A DNA stretch of 64,000 bases from NCBI GenBank assembly GCA_963825155.1, contig CAWGRZ010000010.1, forward strand, positions 135,547 to 199,546, read 5' to 3'. Below the pieces are notes generated by a model, which saw only the letters and a program-made list of their open reading frames with translations, made no database searches and had not been told where the DNA came from. This stretch comes from an uncultured Acidobacteriaceae bacterium (GTDB taxonomy: Bacteria > Acidobacteriota > Terriglobia > Terriglobales > Acidobacteriaceae). Made by a program: the position numbers and the translations under genes. Below, one piece after another: positions 1-8,719 of this stretch. Within the stretch, counting starts at the first letter, position 1. Each line of letters opens with the position of its first letter.

Positions 1-1
1 T

Positions 2-889
2 TTTGATTTGTTCCTCACTTCCAGACTTGCCGATAAAGCCAGCGTGCTTTCCGAAATTATTTTCGAGGAACGCGAAGCGCAGAGCTACAAGGTTGATCTG
101 CGCCGAGTTCTGCTTAAGTACGACTATAACGACCGCTTAAAAATATCCTTTGGCCGTTACCAGACCGCCATTGGGTACTATAACTGGGCGTTTCGCAGCG
201 CTGCCTGGCTGCAAACCACTGCGGATCGGCCGCTAGTGATGGAGTTCGCCTCAAACGGCGGGCTTCTGCCCACGCAAGCAGTTGGCGTTGAGGTTGCCGG
301 GTCCATTCCGTCGGGGAAACTCGACCTGAATTACATCTTTGAGTATGGATCTGCCGACACCGTCCGTCCGGACATCAACGGTTCGGGCATCTCGAATGAC
401 GAGAATGACGGTAACCACGTCAACGTCGGCTTCTTCCTTCGGCCCTCGCTGGCACCCGGCTTGCAATTAGGAGGCTCGTTCTTTCATGACAGGATCAGCG
501 ATTCCGAGGTTTCGCTGGCGGACCGATACGGTCAAAGCGTGTTCAACTCTTATGCGGTGTACACCGCTCACGGGGTTGAATTTCTTAACGAGGCCTTCCT
601 GATCCGCCAATCCCAGGTGGGAAGTCGAGTCATTTTCAACACTCCGGCTTTCTATACGCAGATCGCCAAACAGTGGGGGCACGTCCGGCCTTTTTTTCGT
701 TACCAGTATGTGAATGCGGGCCCGGAAAACTCAATTTTCGACGACGTGGGCCTGCGGGCTGGTCCGTCGTTTGGCGCTCGTTACGACCTGAACGACTACA
801 TCGGCTTCAAGGCGCAGTTGGACCACACGTTGCGCCGGGGCGAACCGGACTTGAACGGTCTGCACCTGCAAGCGGCGTTCACGTTTTGA
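2..889 (+). CDS. outer-membrane beta-barrel porin (phosphate-selective OprO/P-like); 5' end runs off the window
   Basis: The reading frame of ORF 8..889 stays open to the window edge. Alternating amphipathic Gly/Tyr/Phe-rich strand pattern, and the C-terminus ...LHLQAAFTF ends in Phe as in OM barrels. A PstS-like gene follows 14 bp downstream. Confidence 0.55.
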   Translation, partial: FDLFLTSRLADKASVLSEIIFEEREAQSYKVDLRRVLLKYDYNDRLKISFGRYQTAIGYYNWAFRSAAWLQTTADRPLVMEFASNGGLLPTQAVGVEVAGSIPSGKLDLNYIFEYGSADTVRPDINGSGISNDENDGNHVNVGFFLRPSLAPGLQLGGSFFHDRISDSEVSLADRYGQSVFNSYAVYTAHGVEFLNEAFLIRQSQVGSRVIFNTPAFYTQIAKQWGHVRPFFRYQYVNAGPENSIFDDVGLRAGPSFGARYDLNDYIGFKAQLDHTLRRGEPDLNGLHLQAAFTF

Positions 890-903
890 GGCCCAAACAA
901 CGT

Positions 904-1380
904 ATGAGCAAGAAATCAATCGTCGTCCTGGTGCTCACTTGTTTGGCCGCACTGGCTCCTCAGTGTGCGGCACAGGCCGGGGACGTTGCGGTGGTGGTGA
1001 ATCCCAACAGCCGGGTGACCAACCTCAGCATGGCGGATCTGCGCAAGATTTTCGCCGGGGAGAGGCGCACCTGGCCGGGCGGTATCACGATCAAGCTCAT
1101 CCTCCGCGCTCCCGGCTGTCACGAGCGTCTGGTGCTCCTCAAGCTGCTGGGAATGTCGGAGAGGGAATACAAGCAATACTGGGCGGCGGAGACGTTTCGC
1201 GGTGAAGTCGACTCCGAGCCTTTTACCGCCCCGTCTTTGGGAATGGCGGTAGAGGCCACCAAGGTGTTTCCCGGAGCTATCAGCCTGGTGGGTGGGCAGA
1301 ACGTTAGACCGGGCATGAACGTGAAGGTGATCAAAGTGGACGGGCACCTGCCGGGCGAAGAGGGTTACTCGGTCCACTAA
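904..1380 (+). CDS. short PstS/PBP-like phosphate-binding-domain protein (158 aa, single lobe) with signal peptide
   Basis: ATG at 904 lies inside ORF 673..1380. Signal peptide MSKKSIVVLVLTCLAALAPQCAAQA. The motif VVVNPNSRVTNLSMADLRKIFAGERRTWPGG resembles the PstS-family PBP-like domain. Confidence 0.6.
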   Translation: MSKKSIVVLVLTCLAALAPQCAAQAGDVAVVVNPNSRVTNLSMADLRKIFAGERRTWPGGITIKLILRAPGCHERLVLLKLLGMSEREYKQYWAAETFRGEVDSEPFTAPSLGMAVEATKVFPGAISLVGGQNVRPGMNVKVIKVDGHLPGEEGYSVH

Positions 1381-1400
1381 GCCCGCTGCTGTTCTAAGAG

Positions 1401-2132
1401 CTACAAGCTTCTGTCGATCCACTCCGCCAACCGGCAGCCGTCCTCCTCCAGCAAAAACGTTCCAGCGCCGAAGCACTCCCCAAAGATGCGATGCGATTCA
1501 GGATCGCGCGCGACCCGCGTGATCCACTGCTGCCCCACGCGATACTGTGCGGCTGTGAACCACTTCTGGGGAAGGACCTCCACCAATCCCGCCTGCAAGT
1601 AAAAAACAAAGAGCGCAAATGCCGGATCGTCGTTCGACATTGCCTTGTAGCTGGAGGGAACAATCAATTCGTCCACGGTCGCAAGTTCCGGCGGCACTTC
1701 GATCTTGTGCATGCCCGGGCCCAGGGTTAACGGAACCTCGAATTCCGCTACGGGAGGCGTCGCTGCGTAAATACGGTCTGAAGATGGTTTGAACCAGCCC
1801 GCAACCTCCGCCAGATCGAACCCTCTTAGTTGGTCAGGGTCGAAGCAAGTGAGGCGAATGTTCCGACCCTCCGGGCACCAGATTCCCAGAAGATGCGGTG
1901 GCACCAGGAAGGGGCGGCAGTAAGTATTCAACGCGAGGCGAGCTTGATCTGGCTGCTGTTCCAGGCCGAAGGTAACAAGATGCCCAACTGGACCCTGTTC
2001 GCCATGATGCGTCCAGGTGAAACGCTGCCCCGCCAGAGAGCGGAAGGCAGGGAAGGTCTCCCAGTACCACGGGACCGGTCCGACGGTCTTGGACAGGATA
2101 TCTCGTACGCGGGAAGTGTTGATCTCGGCCAT
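1401..2132 (-). CDS. hypothetical protein (243 aa), translationally coupled to the upstream B12-binding-domain gene
   Basis: Long ORF with coding-like composition. Its ATG overlaps the TGA of the upstream gene by 1 nt (TGATG at 2130-2134). I recognise no motif. Confidence 0.6.
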   Translation of the reverse strand: MAEINTSRVRDILSKTVGPVPWYWETFPAFRSLAGQRFTWTHHGEQGPVGHLVTFGLEQQPDQARLALNTYCRPFLVPPHLLGIWCPEGRNIRLTCFDPDQLRGFDLAEVAGWFKPSSDRIYAATPPVAEFEVPLTLGPGMHKIEVPPELATVDELIVPSSYKAMSNDDPAFALFVFYLQAGLVEVLPQKWFTAAQYRVGQQWITRVARDPESHRIFGECFGAGTFLLEEDGCRLAEWIDRSL

Positions 2133-2551
2133 CAGCCAGCCGCCGGCACGCCGGGCCCCTTGACGTGTGTGCGAATGAACTGCACGATGTCATCCATCGC
2201 CGTGCCCGGCTGAAAAATCGCGGCCACGCCGGCCTGCTTCAGCCCTTCGATATCCTGGTTCGGAATAATGCCGCCCACCACCACGATCACGTCGTCCATC
2301 TTGTTTTGCTTGAGCAGGTCCATCACGCGCGGAACGATGGCGTTGTGCGCGCCGGAAAGAATCGAGAGCCCGATGACCTGTACATCTTCCTGCAGCGCCG
2401 CGCTAACGATCATCTCCGGCGTCTGCCGCAGGCCGGTGTAAATCACTTCCATGCCGGCATCCCGAAGGGCGCGAGCAATGACCTTTGCCCCACGATCGTG
2501 CCCGTCGAGGCCGGGCTTCGCCACCAGCACACGGATTTTGAGGTCAGCCAT
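2132..2551 (-). CDS. cobalamin (B12)-binding domain protein, methylmalonyl-CoA-mutase C-terminal/small-subunit type
   Basis: [40 protein letters not shown]...[11 protein letters not shown] carries the DxHxxG / SxL B12-binding signature. The internal Met at 2551 is preferred over the ORF-track start at 2578. Confidence 0.85.
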   Translation of the reverse strand: MADLKIRVLVAKPGLDGHDRGAKVIARALRDAGMEVIYTGLRQTPEMIVSAALQEDVQVIGLSILSGAHNAIVPRVMDLLKQNKMDDVIVVVGGIIPNQDIEGLKQAGVAAIFQPGTAMDDIVQFIRTHVKGPGVPAAG

Positions 2552-2625
2552 CGAACACCATTTAACCACAGAGGGCACGGAGGTTCACAGAGGCAGCGAG
2601 CACACGAGCAACCCGATCGATGTGG

Positions 2626-3225
2626 TTAAAGGGTTTTGATGTCCAAACTCCGCCACAAATACCAGCAAGCCACGCTGCGGTAGGGCTCCCAGGGCTTCGC
2701 GATCTTCACCATGACCTGCGGCTTGGGCAGCTTGCGCTTCTTGTAGTGCTTTTTGATCGCTGCCTGCACTCCGTAGTCTCCCGTGGGCAAGACGTTTTCA
2801 CGTTTCAAGGTGAACATCAGAAACATCTGCGCCGTCCACACTCCGATGCCTCTTACTTGGGTGAGATGATCGATCACTTCGTCATCCGGCAAATCCGGCA
2901 GTCTCGCGAAGTCGAGCAACCCGCTGGCCGTCTTTGTCGATAGATCCTTCAGGTACGAGGATTTCTGCTTCGAGAGCCCAACGCTGCGAAGCTGCTCATC
3001 CGTGAGCTTGAGAATTCCCTGGGGCGTGACCGGGTCTCCCGCCAGCTCCGCAAAGCGATTGAAGATGGTCGCGGCCGCTTTTCCGTTCAGTTGCTGGTAG
3101 ACAATGGACTCGGCCACGCTGGAAAACTCCGGCGGCGAAAACTCCATGCGGCACGGCCCCACGCGCTCCATGATCGCGCGCAGGATGGGGTCGGATTTCT
3201 TGAGATGGTGGATGGCTTTGCGCAT
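2626..3225 (-). CDS. DNA-3-methyladenine glycosylase II family (HhH-GPD, AlkA-like)
   Basis: Shows LTDEQLRSVGLSKQKSSYLKDL, GIGVWTAQMFLMF and PTGDYGV, the HhH-GPD hallmarks. Confidence 0.85.
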   Translation of the reverse strand: MRKAIHHLKKSDPILRAIMERVGPCRMEFSPPEFSSVAESIVYQQLNGKAAATIFNRFAELAGDPVTPQGILKLTDEQLRSVGLSKQKSSYLKDLSTKTASGLLDFARLPDLPDDEVIDHLTQVRGIGVWTAQMFLMFTLKRENVLPTGDYGVQAAIKKHYKKRKLPKPQVMVKIAKPWEPYRSVACWYLWRSLDIKTL

Positions 3226-3286
3226 GGCAATAGGATTACCACAGAATCGCTCTCAAGGCGAAGAAAAAACGAATACACCGGGAACT

Positions 3287-4984
3287 TCACGCAGCTTTGT
3301 GCTCGCCCCGCCGGAAGTTCTCCATCAGATGTTCGGAAGTGCGCAGCGAGAAGGCCAGAATGCTGATCGTCGTGGTTTTGTCGGTGCAGTTCAGAAACAC
3401 GCTGGCATCGCACACATACAGGTTCGGCACGTCGTGCGTTTGGCCAAAGCGATTGGTCACAAAATTCTTCGGATCATTTCCCATGCGGCAGGTTCCCGTT
3501 TCATGCAGGCTCCAGCCGGGAATCTCCGGCGCCTCGCCCGCACCTTCGAGCACGCCGCCGGCCGCGCGCAGCACTTCGGCGCACACTTCTTTCGAGTGTT
3601 CCCACATCTTGAGCACGTTTTCGTCCCATTCGAAGTGCATGCGAGCCACCGGAATGCCGTAGGGGTCCTTCACCTCGGGATCGAGATCCATGTAGTTCGT
3701 ATCGGAACGCAGCGAGGGCGCCTGAATACCGAAACTCACCGGCGCCGGGTAGCGCCGCTTGACCTCGCGTTTGAACGACGAGCCAAAGCCGTCCATGTTG
3801 GTGGCGAAGCCGGGAAACTCCTGGCAGCCGCCGTCGGGATAAACAGAATATCCCCGGATAAATTTCTCTTCGTGAGGATCCTTCAGATTCTGCCAGCGCG
3901 GCATCCAGGCGATGGTGCTGTCGGCGACGTGGTCCGGAAAGCTGGGCTGCCCCAGCAACTGCGGCAGGTATCCACGCGCCGACTCCCCGTAAAGATGATC
4001 GCAAAGATTACGCCCCAGTTGCCCGCTGGAATTGGCGATTCCGTTGGGCCAGTGCCGTGATTTCGAATTCAGCATAATGCGCGCCGATTCTATGCAGGAC
4101 GCCGCCACCACCACCGCGCGCCCGTACACTTCCACTTCCTGCCTGGTCTTGCGGTCGATGTATGCGACGCCGGTCGCCTGCCCGTTTTCATCGACAAGAA
4201 CGTTTTTCGCCAGGGCATTGGTCCGCAATTCCAGGTTCCTGGTGGCTTCGGCCTTGGGCAGCAGGAAATACGGCGTAGAAAAAAACGCGCCCACATCACA
4301 GCCGGTGGTGCACTCCCCGCAGAAATGGCACGCCGGGTGCCCTTCATAGGGCTGCGTGAGTTGCGCGCAGCGATCGGGCAGATAGGGCACGCCCACCTTG
4401 TTACACCCCGCCTGCAGAATCCAGTCCAGGCAGCGAAAGTGGAACGGGGGCAGATACGAACCGTCGGGATTGCTCGGCCGGTTCTGCACCGTGCTGGCCA
4501 CGCCAATCATTTTTTCCACGCGCGTGTAGAACGGGCTAATCTCATCGTAGGTAAGGGGCCAGTCCACGTCGTAGCCATCCCGCGAAGCGGCGCGAAGATC
4601 AATATCGCCGAAGCGCGCCGAACTACGCCCCCAGAAATTGGTCTTGCCGCCCACGGCATTGCAGCGCGGCCACATCCATTTCGTGCCCGGCGCAACGGTG
4701 AACGGAATTTCGTGGTCCCATGCCGCTTTGGTGTATTCGTTGTCCATGTAGCCAAAGGACTCGGCCCGCCGCTTGGGATCGTCGAGCCCGCGGAACTTCA
4801 TGTCCCAGGGCATGCGGTGGTAACGGAAATCCTTCTCCGGATCGAGCCTCCGTCCCGCATTCAGCGCACACACTTTCAATCCTGCCTCGCACAGCGTCTT
4901 GATCGTCATGCCGCCGCCGGCGCCGGTTCCAATCACGATTACGTCGAAGATTTGTTTGGACATGGTTTCTGGATCCTGTGCCAC
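3287..4984 (-). CDS. GMC-family FAD oxidoreductase (gluconate 2-dehydrogenase flavoprotein-like)
   Basis: N-terminal FDVIVIGTGAGGG Rossmann motif; C-terminal HETGTCRMG and LYVCDASVF GMC signatures. Confidence 0.9.
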   Translation of the reverse strand: MAQDPETMSKQIFDVIVIGTGAGGGMTIKTLCEAGLKVCALNAGRRLDPEKDFRYHRMPWDMKFRGLDDPKRRAESFGYMDNEYTKAAWDHEIPFTVAPGTKWMWPRCNAVGGKTNFWGRSSARFGDIDLRAASRDGYDVDWPLTYDEISPFYTRVEKMIGVASTVQNRPSNPDGSYLPPFHFRCLDWILQAGCNKVGVPYLPDRCAQLTQPYEGHPACHFCGECTTGCDVGAFFSTPYFLLPKAEATRNLELRTNALAKNVLVDENGQATGVAYIDRKTRQEVEVYGRAVVVAASCIESARIMLNSKSRHWPNGIANSSGQLGRNLCDHLYGESARGYLPQLLGQPSFPDHVADSTIAWMPRWQNLKDPHEEKFIRGYSVYPDGGCQEFPGFATNMDGFGSSFKREVKRRYPAPVSFGIQAPSLRSDTNYMDLDPEVKDPYGIPVARMHFEWDENVLKMWEHSKEVCAEVLRAAGGVLEGAGEAPEIPGWSLHETGTCRMGNDPKNFVTNRFGQTHDVPNLYVCDASVFLNCTDKTTTISILAFSLRTSEHLMENFRRGEHKAA

Positions 4985-4991
4985 AGAGGTT

Positions 4992-5615
4992 TCAGGAACT
5001 CACCTGCGAGAGCTGCTGGTGTTCTGGATCGTCCTTGTGCGGGCACTCCGGCGATTCGGAATAAAATTTCAACGCCGGATTGTCCAGTTCCTTGAACCCC
5101 AGTTCGCTGGTGTAGAAGCCCGTCACCGTGTACTCGCGGAACAGGCTAAAGAACGTGCGCCCATCTTCCTCGCCCGGGCGCGCCTTCTCTTTGAACCCAA
5201 GGGGTTCGAGGAGGGAGAGTTGCTGCTCAGGTGTGAGTTCGACAAAGCGCTTGCCGGCGCTGCGCTCGCTGTGCGCGTTCAGCCAGGTCAGCCCGGTGCG
5301 GAACGCGTACTGCACATCGGGGTCGCTGAATACCATGAAATCGATAAACTCCGCCACGCCCGCCTCCTTGGCCCCCGGCGTGCCGTCGCTCGGAATGATC
5401 ATCTCAGCCAGTCGCTCGACGGTCGCATACTCCGCGGCCGTGAAGAACTGTGGATGATAGATCGCAGGCTTGATCTGCAACGCAGCGTTGCCGATATGCC
5501 CGCAGGCGAACGCCCACTTGCTGAAACCCGGAAACTGCGCCGCCGCCGCTGCCGTTCCCAGGATGCGCAGCACTTGCCGCCGTCCAACCCCTTGTCCTGC
5601 CATCGAGTTCTCCAA
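4992..5615 (-). CDS. gluconate 2-dehydrogenase subunit-3 family protein with Tat signal
   Basis: Twin-arginine signal GRRQVLRILGTAAAAAQFPGF. Lies 7 bp upstream of the GMC gene on the same strand, the usual pairing for this family. Confidence 0.8.
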   Translation of the reverse strand: MENSMAGQGVGRRQVLRILGTAAAAAQFPGFSKWAFACGHIGNAALQIKPAIYHPQFFTAAEYATVERLAEMIIPSDGTPGAKEAGVAEFIDFMVFSDPDVQYAFRTGLTWLNAHSERSAGKRFVELTPEQQLSLLEPLGFKEKARPGEEDGRTFFSLFREYTVTGFYTSELGFKELDNPALKFYSESPECPHKDDPEHQQLSQVSS

Positions 5616-5660
5616 TACAGATTTTTCGTTCCGAGCGGATCGAGGAATCTTCTGCTCCCG

Positions 5661-6626
5661 CTACGAAAGAAATCCGATCGTCTTTTCCACTAATTCCGCG
5701 GTTGGTTTATAGGGATCGCCCGGTGCGTCGTACTCGATCGAGCAATATCCCTTGTACCCGTGCTTCTTCAGAATGGCGAAGGTCCGCGCCAGGTCCACGT
5801 GCACGGCTTTCCCTTCCTCGTTGACCTCGCCATCCTTCACGTGGCAGATTCCGTAGGCATGCGCAAACATAGCGTCAATGGCGCGGTAAGCGAAGTCTTC
5901 GTCATGCGCAGCCAGAGAGTTGCCAAAATCGGGCAGGGCCCGCAGCCACGGACTATTCACCTTCTCAATCACCTGCACGATAAAAAATGGATCTTCGCTG
6001 ACCGGATTGTCGTTCTCGAGATGAACAACAACGTTCTTCTTCGCTCCATATTCCGCCACGCGGGCGAGTGTGTCCGCGGCAAGGTGCACGTCAGGTTTGG
6101 AATCCTTGGCGCCATCAATGTGCGTGCGAATGCTCGGAGAGCCGAGCGCCGCGCCCACATCAACCCATTGCTTGCTCGCCCTAGCGGCCCTGTCACGCTC
6201 AGCCGGGTCCGTCGAATACTGGCTGTGCCCACCATCCACGGCGATGTCCACGACAGCCGAGCCGGCCTTTTCCACCGCAGCGCGGAACTGCTCCAGATAT
6301 TTCGGATCAGTCGAGGGGAAGATCGGACTCCAGGGCTCGATCTTATGCACGTTGAATTTCTCAGCCACATGCGCCGCGAAATCCTTCAACTCGATCTGTT
6401 GCGCCGCTGGAATCGTACTGGGAGACTTGCCGTCCCAACCCTTCCATCCCACAATGAATTCGCGAAAGGGATAAGCCGCCACCGCCACTCGTTCCCGCGG
6501 CACAGTGGGGAATTTGAAAGAGGGTTCAGCGCTCGCGGCGGCTGTTGCCAGTTGGGGCAAAAGCCACGCCCCGGCCGCCGCGCCGGCGCATTGCCCAAGA
6601 AATCGTCTGCGGGTTGTAGCCTTCAT
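5661..6626 (-). CDS. sugar phosphate isomerase/epimerase (xylose-isomerase-like TIM barrel) with Tat signal
   Basis: MKATTRRRFLGQCAGAAAGAWLL Tat signal. The body resembles the AP_endonuc_2 TIM-barrel family (HLENDN, CSIEYD). Confidence 0.8.
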   Translation of the reverse strand: MKATTRRRFLGQCAGAAAGAWLLPQLATAAASAEPSFKFPTVPRERVAVAAYPFREFIVGWKGWDGKSPSTIPAAQQIELKDFAAHVAEKFNVHKIEPWSPIFPSTDPKYLEQFRAAVEKAGSAVVDIAVDGGHSQYSTDPAERDRAARASKQWVDVGAALGSPSIRTHIDGAKDSKPDVHLAADTLARVAEYGAKKNVVVHLENDNPVSEDPFFIVQVIEKVNSPWLRALPDFGNSLAAHDEDFAYRAIDAMFAHAYGICHVKDGEVNEEGKAVHVDLARTFAILKKHGYKGYCSIEYDAPGDPYKPTAELVEKTIGFLS

Positions 6627-6686
6627 GCGCGCCAGTGTACCAGAGAATTTCGCCGTGGCGCGGGCTGCGAGAAGCTGACTCTGCGA

Positions 6687-8639
6687 CTACCTGTGGTCCC
6701 GCAGCAGTTTGGCTCGGTCTTCCGCACGTTGTGCTTCGGCGGTCTTTCCCAGACCTGAATAGGCCCGAGCCAGCAGTTCGAAAACCTTCGCGTTCTGCGA
6801 CTGTGTCTGCGAGAGAGCTTGCAGCTCTTGTGCCGCTTCGGCGAAGTTGCCCTCGGCGATCTGCGCCATTGCCAGTGCGATCTGTGCTTGCACGCTGTCC
6901 GGTTGCAGGAGCAGTGCCGCTTCCAACTGGTCGTCGGCGGCTTTTGGATCTTTCAGGTCCAGATAGATCTGCCCCAGCAGCAGGCGTGCCTGAAACTGAC
7001 CCGGCAGGAGCTTGAGGCTGGTTTCGAGGGCGTCCCGTGCCCCCTTGAGATCGTTCAATTTCTGTAGCGCCTGCCCCTCGTAAAACGCCGCGGTCGCGTC
7101 ATCCGGACGAACCTCCAGAGCGCTTTTCAGATGTTGAGCGGCTTTGGCGTAGTCCCCCGCCTGCAATTCCATCTCGCCCAGTTGACGCAGTGCGGTCGGC
7201 GATTTGGGGTCGAGCGCCAGCACCTTCTCCAGTGCTTGGCGACCTTCCTCGGAGCGACCGTCTTCGGAAGCGATCATCGCCGCGTGCAATAGATTCTGTT
7301 CTTCGATCTTGTCCTTCGGGTCAGGGAGGGAAGATGAGGCTGTTAAGGGTGTGCCGCCGGACCCGGCAGGAGCCGGATAGCCCAGCGCCTTCAGTTTGCT
7401 GCCGGTATCTCCGGCAGCCGCCGGCTTGGAACCCTCAATCGCGGCTTCCCGCGCATGTAACTCCGCCAACATTGTGCGTGCTTTCTCAACGTGCGTGTCC
7501 AGCGCTTCGTAGTGGTTGTGCAATTCGCCGGCATCGAGGTGCAAGTCATAGAGCTCGGGGCGAGGCGCCTCGATGAACTTGAATCCGTCGCTCCGCAGCG
7601 AACGCAGTGGGGCCCAGCCGAAGCGCAGGGGATAGTCCGTTTCACCGAACGCCGGGAGTTCGGTCTCATCGGTTCCTGCAAAGTAGGGCTTCAGCGATTC
7701 TCCGTCGCATTTCTGCGGAACCGCGGCATCCACCAACGTCAGTATGGTCGGAAGAATGTCAACCGTGCGCACCTGCGCGTGCACCACCGTGCCGGCATGG
7801 AGTCCCTCCGGCAGTTTGACGATCAGCGGCACGTGGGTCGTCGAGTCATACAAAAAGATTCCGTGCGTGTCTTCATGATGCTCTCCCAAGCCTTCGCCGT
7901 GGTCGCCGACCACGATCATGATGGAGTTCCTGTAGCGCCCGGTCTGCCGGAGATAGGCGACGAAGTTGGCAAGAGCGGAGTCCGCGTACGCGATCTCTCC
8001 GTCGTAAAGGTGGTCCTTGTAGGTCAGGGAATAGGGAGCCGGCGGTTCGTAGGGATCGTGCGGATCGTAAAGATGCACCCACATGAAATGGGGGCCCGCA
8101 GGGTGCTTGCTCAACCAGGCTTCGGCGTGGTGCACGACCTGCATGCCCCGGCGTTCGACGCGTCCCCACCGGGACTTGGTCAGCGGATGTTCGGGGAAGT
8201 TGTCGTAATAGTCGAAGCCCCGGTCGAATCCCGGGGCCAGCATCTTACTATCGAGGATGACCGCGCCAATAAAGCCTGCCGTGTGATATCCCCGTGCTTT
8301 CAGCAGCTCTGCCAGCGTGGGGTGGGCGGGCGACAGCGGCACGCCAAAATCCGTTACACCGTGAGAGCCGGGCAATAGCCCCGTGAGAATGCTGGCGTGG
8401 GAAGTATTGGTGATCGGACTGGGAGTAAAGGCCTGCGTGAACCGGATCCCGTCTTGCGCCAAATCGTCGAGCGCGGGTGTCTTGACGCGGTCGTAACCGT
8501 AGCAATGAACGTGGTCCGCCCGAAGAGTGTCGATGGTGATCAGGAAAACGTCGGGCGCCTGCTTTCGGGGTGACGCACCTGCATTCAGACTCCAGGACAA
8601 GCACGCGCAGAATGCGAGCAGTGCACGAAAGGCCCTCAT
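6687..8639 (-). CDS. alkaline-phosphatase-superfamily 'sulfatase-like' domain fused to C-terminal TPR repeats (paralog A)
   Basis: Signal peptide; ITIDTLRADH metal site; GDHGEGLGEH; TPR region from about residue 470. The nucleophile position reads T77-N-T-S-H (codon 8409-8411), not C/S-x-P-x-R. Confidence 0.9.
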   Translation of the reverse strand: MRAFRALLAFCACLSWSLNAGASPRKQAPDVFLITIDTLRADHVHCYGYDRVKTPALDDLAQDGIRFTQAFTPSPITNTSHASILTGLLPGSHGVTDFGVPLSPAHPTLAELLKARGYHTAGFIGAVILDSKMLAPGFDRGFDYYDNFPEHPLTKSRWGRVERRGMQVVHHAEAWLSKHPAGPHFMWVHLYDPHDPYEPPAPYSLTYKDHLYDGEIAYADSALANFVAYLRQTGRYRNSIMIVVGDHGEGLGEHHEDTHGIFLYDSTTHVPLIVKLPEGLHAGTVVHAQVRTVDILPTILTLVDAAVPQKCDGESLKPYFAGTDETELPAFGETDYPLRFGWAPLRSLRSDGFKFIEAPRPELYDLHLDAGELHNHYEALDTHVEKARTMLAELHAREAAIEGSKPAAAGDTGSKLKALGYPAPAGSGGTPLTASSSLPDPKDKIEEQNLLHAAMIASEDGRSEEGRQALEKVLALDPKSPTALRQLGEMELQAGDYAKAAQHLKSALEVRPDDATAAFYEGQALQKLNDLKGARDALETSLKLLPGQFQARLLLGQIYLDLKDPKAADDQLEAALLLQPDSVQAQIALAMAQIAEGNFAEAAQELQALSQTQSQNAKVFELLARAYSGLGKTAEAQRAEDRAKLLRDHR

Positions 8640-8680
8640 CGGCCCCTCAGACTAACACAATTCACGGCGTCCTCACTCGT

Positions 8681-8708
8681 AATTGGCGACGTGTCTCTGG
8701 CGTATAAT
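8681..8708 (+). promoter_or_regulatory. candidate sigma70-type promoter (TTGGCG-N16-TATAAT) for paralog B, giving a near-leaderless mRNA
   Basis: TATAAT at 8703-8708 lies only 11 nt before the ATG at 8720. TTGGCG at 8681-8686. There is no Shine-Dalgarno sequence between them. Confidence 0.35.
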
Positions 8709-8719
8709 TTCTTCTTCAC

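Noticed and set aside
6687-8639. Annotating the four AP-superfamily/TPR proteins as bona fide sulfatases.
   Set aside because: The C/S-x-P-x-R formylglycine motif is replaced by T-x-(P/T/A)-x-(H/T) in all four, so sulfate-ester hydrolysis cannot be assumed. I kept the label 'sulfatase-like'.
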